In this document: piece by piece, positions 59,026-64,000 of the stretch
Numbering within the stretch: the stretch's first letter is position 1
Layout of the letters: the number at the start of each line of letters is the position of its first letter
Assembly (NCBI GenBank): GCA_022800625.1
Contig: JAAWQR010000004.1
Location: 24,678-88,677, forward strand
Source of the DNA: Clostridiales bacterium
GTDB taxonomy: Bacteria; Bacillota; Clostridia; Oscillospirales; CAG-272
Length of the DNA: 64,000 nucleotides
Direction of reading: 5' to 3'
Translations under genes and position numbers: made by a program
Notes under the pieces: generated by a model
Databases searched by the model: none
Seen by the model: only the letters and a program-made list of their open reading frames with translations
What the model was told of the DNA's origin: nothing

Positions 59026-59442
59026 TTATTTTTCCGTTCCGCGAGTATGTTTCGCTTAAAAAATCGTGAATTTAAAGGTTAAAAAATATATTTTCGCCAT
59101 GCTTTGCCGCGCCGCAATGCAGCGCTTTGGCATATGCTGTTTTTATTATACCATGAAGCAAAAATGCTTGCTTACAATGGCATTTTTGCGAAGCCGTCAA
59201 TAATGCAGGCGTGCAAAGCACGCGGAGACGCAAGTCTCCATAGCTTGTGAAGCAAGCTTTCCTGCGTATATTATACCATGATTTCTTCCTTACAGCCGCC
59301 TTTGGCGGCATCAGATTGAAAAATCAACCGTCAATAAAAATTTTCGAATCAATTGTCGCACGGCAAAGCCGTCCTTTGGCATTTAACATTTTTATTATAT
59401 CATAAAAATATGATGAAATGTTGAGAAAAGCCGATATTTGCC

Positions 59443-59471
59443 TTGACAAAGCACAAATTTTGTGATAATAT
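59443..59471 (+). promoter_or_regulatory. Extended sigma-A promoter for the dapA leader
   Basis: TTGACA-17-TAATAT with TG extension. Confidence 0.75.
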
Positions 59472-59509
59472 AGGCTTAGCGATAGCAAACAACGCTATGC
59501 AAAAATATA

Positions 59510-59682
59510 CTGATAGAGGAGCACCTCCGATGAGTACCCGAAAACAAGGCAATCCGCATTGCCGCATGAGATTTCGGTGAAGGGCGAGTGGTGCCGAAGG
59601 TTGACCGCTGCGGAGCGGTAAATCTGGGACGCTGTGCGAAAGCCTGCGTACTGTCACCGTGAAACGGTGGAGGGCTATCTGT
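59510..59682 (+). ncRNA. Lysine riboswitch (L-box) aptamer
   Basis: P1 gatag/ctatc, AGAGG.GC, ATGAGTA, AAGGG...GCCGAA, CTGTCACCGTGAAACGGTGGAG.GC; upstream of dapA-dapB. Confidence 0.92.
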
Positions 59683-59723
59683 GTTTTGATTCTCAGCATA
59701 TGAGTATGTTATATTACACAGAG

Positions 59724-59750
59724 AGCCGGTTTTCAACCGGTTTTTATTTT
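59724..59750 (+). terminator. Riboswitch expression-platform terminator
   Basis: agccggtt-ttc-aaccggtt followed by a T-tract. Confidence 0.75.
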
Positions 59751-59808
59751 TAGCACGGCATTTTAAGCTTTGAGGCAAAAAGAAACTTAATTTTTCGGAG
59801 GTACCGTT

Positions 59809-60705
59809 ATGGGAACATTCAACAAAGAAATCATATTTAACGGAGCGGCTACCGCTCTTATCACGCCTATGAGAAACGGAGCTGTCGATTACGACGATTT
59901 CAGCAGATTGATCGATGCACAGATAGCATGCGGAATCGACGCGCTTGTAGTCTGCGGAACAACCGGTGAAGCTGCTGCTCTTACAGACGAGGAGCACAAG
60001 GAGTGTATTCGTTTTACGGTTGAAAAGACGGCAGGCAGAGTACCTGTTATCGCCGGCACAGGTTCAAACGACACTGACTACGCAAACGAGCTGTCCAAGT
60101 ACGCATGCGAGGTCGGAGCAGACGCTCTTCTTCTCGTCACACCGTATTACAATAAGACTTCTCCCAAGGGACTTGTAAAGCATTTTCTTTCAACAGCGGA
60201 AGTATCAACAAAACCGATAATCCTTTATAATGTTCCGTCACGCACAGGAATGAATATGACGCTCCCCACGCTGCGCGAGCTTGCAAAGCACGAACGTATC
60301 GTTGCTGTTAAAGAGGCTTCGGGAAACATCAGCGCTGTAGCTGAAATCGCCTCTGAGCTCTCAGACAGCCTCACAATTTACAGCGGAAACGACGATCAGA
60401 TCGTACCGCTCCTTTCTCTCGGCGGACGCGGGGTTATATCAGTTCTTTCCAATATAATGCCAAAGGAAACGCACGATATATGCGCGATGTATGCCGAAGG
60501 CAATGTTACGGGCGCGAGAGACTTGCAGCTCCGTCTCTTGAAGCTTATCAACAATCTCTTTATTGAAGTAAATCCGATACCCGTTAAGGCGGCTTGTGCT
60601 ATGATGGGAATTTGCTCTGAAGAGATCAGGCTTCCGCTTTGCGAAATAGAAGATGCTCACAGAGAAGTTCTTATTGAATCAATGAAAGCGGCAGAGCTTC
60701 TCTGA
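59809..60705 (+). CDS. dapA: 4-hydroxy-tetrahydrodipicolinate synthase
   Basis: GTTGE, VIAGTGSN, VTPYYNK, ILYNVPSRT, VKEAS, YSGND, NPIPVK. Confidence 0.97.
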   Translation: MGTFNKEIIFNGAATALITPMRNGAVDYDDFSRLIDAQIACGIDALVVCGTTGEAAALTDEEHKECIRFTVEKTAGRVPVIAGTGSNDTDYANELSKYACEVGADALLLVTPYYNKTSPKGLVKHFLSTAEVSTKPIILYNVPSRTGMNMTLPTLRELAKHERIVAVKEASGNISAVAEIASELSDSLTIYSGNDDQIVPLLSLGGRGVISVLSNIMPKETHDICAMYAEGNVTGARDLQLRLLKLINNLFIEVNPIPVKAACAMMGICSEEIRLPLCEIEDAHREVLIESMKAAELL

Positions 60706-60761
60706 GTCGGCAATTTGAGGAAGTAAAAAGTAAAAGATACCTGCGTGAAGCGCAGAAAGGC

Positions 60762-61535
60762 ATGGAAAATTTAAAGATGAAAACTTGCAGAATTATACTT
60801 TCAGGCTGTTCGGGCAGACTCGGATCAGCGATCGCGCGCCTAATAGAAGCACGCACGGATTGCAATGTCGTTTGCGGAATAGACAGATGCGGCAAGGCTG
60901 ACTTTCCGATATATGACAGTTTTGATAAGATAACCGAAGATGCAGATGTAATAATCGATACTTCGCATCATTCGCTCACAAGCGTGCTTCTCGCTTTCGC
61001 TGAGTCTAAAAACACACCTGCCGTTATTTGTACTACAGGACATACCGAAGAAGAGGACGCGATGATAAAAACAGTTTCAGAACGTGTGCCAATTTTGAAA
61101 TCCCGTAATATGTCGCTGGGAATCAATCTTCTGATGGATCTTGTACGGCGTTCCGCTGCTGTTCTCGGAGACGATTTTGATATTGAAGTCGTCGAGGCTC
61201 ATCATTCAAAGAAGCTTGACGCGCCGAGCGGCACCGCTCTTATGCTTGCCGACGCGGCAAAGGAAGCAAGAGAAGATCTCGAATACGTATACGACAGGCA
61301 CTCTGTCAGACAGGAGCGAGGTCATAATGAGATTGGTATACATAGTGTAAGGGGCGGCACGATCGTCGGCGAACACAGTGTAATTTTCGCCGGCTGTGAT
61401 GAAGTTATAACGCTGTCACACAGCGCAGGCAGCCGTGACTTATTTGCAGCGGGAGCTATCAAAGCGGCGCTTTATCTTGCCAAAGCAGAGCATGGCTTCT
61501 ACACAATGAACGACGTAGTCAACTCAATAATCTGA
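60762..61535 (+). CDS. dapB: 4-hydroxy-tetrahydrodipicolinate reductase
   Basis: GCSGRLG, CTTGH, NMSLG.N, E.HHSKKLDAPSGTA, VRGGTIVGEHSV. Confidence 0.97.
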   Translation: MENLKMKTCRIILSGCSGRLGSAIARLIEARTDCNVVCGIDRCGKADFPIYDSFDKITEDADVIIDTSHHSLTSVLLAFAESKNTPAVICTTGHTEEEDAMIKTVSERVPILKSRNMSLGINLLMDLVRRSAAVLGDDFDIEVVEAHHSKKLDAPSGTALMLADAAKEAREDLEYVYDRHSVRQERGHNEIGIHSVRGGTIVGEHSVIFAGCDEVITLSHSAGSRDLFAAGAIKAALYLAKAEHGFYTMNDVVNSII

Positions 61536-61585
61536 TATTTAACTTTTCGGCGGGAACACTATTTTCAATATTTTTTATCAATCCC

Positions 61586-61681
61586 TCACATCAAGATAAT
61601 AAAATTATAAAGAGCAATCAAAATTGATTGCTCTTTAAGTTCTTTTCGGATAAAATCGTGAGTGTCTTTATATGTGATCAA
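61586..61681 (-). pseudogene. 31-codon ORF, possible 5' remnant of a GNAT acetyltransferase
   Basis: AGGAGG RBS, 7 nt, TTG; MITYKDTHDFIRKELKEQSILIALYNFIILM; runs into the dapB terminator. Confidence 0.4.
61609..61636. terminator. Bidirectional terminator after dapB
   Basis: aaagagcaatc-aaaatt-gattgctcttt. Confidence 0.8.
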
Positions 61682-61788
61682 TTTTATTCCTCCTCAAAAT
61701 CCAATTTGCTTATAAAAATATCATTCAGTAAATTTTAGTCGCGATACAATAAATGATATTTCAGGAGGATTTTTTCACTATTCAGAGG

Positions 61789-62406
61789 TTATTCTGCATC
61801 GGCGATGAAAGCTTTAATCACTCTGACCGCGCCATCAACACTTGTTTTAGCAGAATTGATTACTAGATCATAGTTATCAATCTTTCCCCATTTTTTACCC
61901 GTGTAATAATTATAATAATTTGCACGTCTCTTGTCTGTCTTTATAACAATGTCCTTAGCTTTTGATTCGTTAAGTTCGCTTCGACGCGCAACTACTGACA
62001 CTCTTGAATCAAAATCAGCTGAAATAAACACGCGAACAACATCATCTTTGTCTGCGAGAATATAATCCGCACATCTTCCGACGATAACCGCGCCCTCTCC
62101 CTCTTGATAAATATCTTTAATTATGTTAGACTGTACTATATAAAGTTTATCATTCAAAGGGATATTTATATGATCTACTCCGTGAGCGTATACGGACGAT
62201 CCGAGAGCTAATGTATATAAAAGGCTGTTCGCCGCTTTCTCATCGGCAGCGCGCAGGACATCTTTATTATAACCGCTCTTTTCGGCAGCCATTGATATAA
62301 GGTCTCTGTCATAATATTTATATCCGAGAGCATCTGCGAGCTTCTGCCCGATCTCGCGTCCGCGGCTTCCGTACTGTCGTGCAATTGTAATAACATGTTT
62401 TTTCAT
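61789..62406 (-). CDS. Cytidylate-kinase-like family protein
   Basis: VITIARQYGSRGREIG, IVGRCADYIL, D..RANYY.YYT...WG...NYDL.INS. Confidence 0.9.
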   Translation of the reverse strand: MKKHVITIARQYGSRGREIGQKLADALGYKYYDRDLISMAAEKSGYNKDVLRAADEKAANSLLYTLALGSSVYAHGVDHINIPLNDKLYIVQSNIIKDIYQEGEGAVIVGRCADYILADKDDVVRVFISADFDSRVSVVARRSELNESKAKDIVIKTDKRRANYYNYYTGKKWGKIDNYDLVINSAKTSVDGAVRVIKAFIADAE

Positions 62407-62602
62407 TGATATCCGAACCTTCCCCGGCATGTTTTGTATGCCGTGCTTTATATTACATATATATTATATCATATTTTGTTCTGTTTGTACATAAGTTTTT
62501 ACAATATTTTTATTTTGCACTCATATATACTGTAATTTGTTATGATTTTATCATCCAAGCATACAAAAATCGTTTTTATACAGCTCAGGAGATATTATTT
62601 CT

Positions 62603-63214
62603 ATGATTATACTAAGATTTTGCTTTACCGAAACACAGCTTACCCATGCAGAGCAGCATTTATTCGGACTTTCAATTCGAGACAGCTTGATAAGAGATTT
62701 TTTACCTGAGCTTACCTCACCTGAATTTGCCGCATCAAAAAGCGGAAAGCCATATTTGTTAAATTCGGATGCCGCATATTCAATTTCTCACACAGACGGG
62801 TGTGTTATGTGCGCACTCAAATGTCACACTTACACATGTGAACTTCCGCCGCCGCTGACGGATATTATCAGATCCGACGGCACATACCTTGCAAAATCGT
62901 GCGACAGTCACGGAGAAATAGGGTGCGACGTGGAAATTTGGTCTCAAGACAGAAGCGAGTCAAGGCTTATATCCATCTCAGACAGATATTTCACCGAGGA
63001 TGAGACCGCACTTTTAAAGTCAAGCAATAATATAAAGCGGAATTTTTATAAGCTGTGGACAGAAAAAGAAAGCGTGTTGAAATGCTGCGGAGCGGGACTT
63101 TCGGGGTTGAGCCGCGCCGATACATCGGAATTTAGTACAAAATACAAAATATATTCTTTTGAAATCGAACAAGGAGAGCGAAAATATTCCGCTTCTATTT
63201 GTTCCGAACTGTAA
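62603..63214 (+). CDS. Sfp-type 4'-phosphopantetheinyl transferase
   Basis: GKPY, SISHT, GCDVE, WTEKESVLK..G.GL. Confidence 0.85.
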   Translation: MIILRFCFTETQLTHAEQHLFGLSIRDSLIRDFLPELTSPEFAASKSGKPYLLNSDAAYSISHTDGCVMCALKCHTYTCELPPPLTDIIRSDGTYLAKSCDSHGEIGCDVEIWSQDRSESRLISISDRYFTEDETALLKSSNNIKRNFYKLWTEKESVLKCCGAGLSGLSRADTSEFSTKYKIYSFEIEQGERKYSASICSEL

Positions 63215-63311
63215 AAATAAATAAAAAATTACAACCGCAGGTGAATTAAATCATCTACGGCTGTAGTTTTTACTCTAACCGATTTTGCCGCATCGGCATA
63301 ATTACGTAAAT

Positions 63312-64000
63312 TTATTCGGGAATTTTTGATATGATCTTTTTATAAATATTCAAAAACATAATGATACAAAGCGAAACAGACAAAACCTCCGCAAGCGGGA
63401 AAGCAAACCATACTCTGTCGATATTTCCGCTGAGAGAAAACAGATATGCGGCAGGTATCAGAACGATGAGCTGTCTTGCCATAGAAATAAGCATTGCATT
63501 TATTCCGTGCCCGAGCGCCTGAAACGATGAAACAATTATAATACTGAACGCTGCAAATATAAAGCTGAGACTTATTGTACGAAGCGCGGGAATGCCGATC
63601 TTCAGCATTTCATCATTTGCATTAAACAGCATAAGAAGCTTGTCCGGTATTATCTGCATAAGGAAAAGTCCTACTAACATAAAACCTACGGCTATAATAC
63701 AGGCAAATCTGAGTGTCTTCATCATTCTGCGCCTTTTTCCCGCTCCGTAATTGTAGGCAATTATCGGAATAACTCCGTTGTTCATGCCGAAGATCGGCAT
63801 AAATACAAAGCTTTGAAGCTTGAAGTATGCTCCGAAAACCGACACCGCAACATCTGAAAAACCGTTAAGTATCTTATTCATTGCCGTTTGCATGACAGAA
63901 CCGATTCCGACCATAATAACGGACGGGATTCCCACAGCGCATATTTTGCCGATGATCTCCCCGTTCGGCTTAAAGGTGCGGAAATTAAGCCTTACTTCCT
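63312..64000 (-). CDS. MATE-family efflux transporter, C-terminal half (truncated by window end)
   Basis: Frame open to the edge; KLQSFVFMP.FG...G..PIIAYNYGA, FQALG, RQL..LIP. Confidence 0.9.
   Translation of the reverse strand, partial: EVRLNFRTFKPNGEIIGKICAVGIPSVIMVGIGSVMQTAMNKILNGFSDVAVSVFGAYFKLQSFVFMPIFGMNNGVIPIIAYNYGAGKRRRMMKTLRFACIIAVGFMLVGLFLMQIIPDKLLMLFNANDEMLKIGIPALRTISLSFIFAAFSIIIVSSFQALGHGINAMLISMARQLIVLIPAAYLFSLSGNIDRVWFAFPLAEVLSVSLCIIMFLNIYKKIISKIPE

Noticed and set aside
59026-59140. preQ1 riboswitch upstream of queA
   Set aside because: I could not find the class I stem with A-rich tail or the class II signature on the minus strand.
59205-59265. c-di-GMP-I riboswitch suggested by GCAAA and GACGCAA words
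   Set aside because: The GAAA-capped stem between those words and the tetraloop-receptor hairpin are missing.
59510-59750. Lysine riboswitch as a novelty
   Set aside because: A well-known element in its usual dapA context; listed as a feature only.
447-60895. Many antisense or overlapping ORFs in the track (e.g. 10491-11117, 43952-44701, 32243-32797)
   Set aside because: They lie opposite or inside well-supported genes, lack RBSs and motifs, and are expected shadow frames.
1-64000. CRISPR array, tRNA or rRNA genes
   Set aside because: No regularly spaced repeat-spacer units and no tRNA or rRNA signatures found by eye; tRNAscan, barrnap and a CRISPR finder would confirm.

Overview
Core-chromosome segment from a spore-forming Clostridia bacterium (Oscillospirales/Ruminococcaceae-like by gene content and order; taxon not provable from sequence alone). 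In order: end of a PTS-IIC-like gene; xpt plus a BMP-type purine/nucleoside ABC operon; the conserved pyrH-frr-uppS-cdsA-dxr-rseP-ispG-polC run; an AT-rich frameshifted epimerase pseudogene; M23 peptidase, ldh, two tandem HD-domain paralogues, a CE4 deacetylase, MATE/LysR and an oxidoreductase; a complete spoIIIAA-AH operon; reverse rubrerythrin, rubredoxin (missed by the ORF track) and ferritin, divergent from PFOR (nifJ); a ~600-bp structured non-coding insert and an XRE/DUF2752/DUF4234 islet; ftsH-hpt-tilS, a spoVB-like flippase, fbp, tsaE/tsaB/rpiB, miaA, queA; a lysine riboswitch ahead of dapA-dapB; and a truncated MATE gene. I saw no rRNA, tRNA, CRISPR array, transposase or integrase. 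Best leads: (1) the transposase-less element at 40262-40888, bounded by a duplicated terminator and containing ~100-bp inverted arms whose internal hairpins covary; (2) an L-LDH with a ferredoxin-type CxxCxxCxxxC loop; (3) the XRE-DUF2752-DUF4234 membrane islet; (4) the HD paralogue pair. All family calls come from motif recognition; no database search was run.
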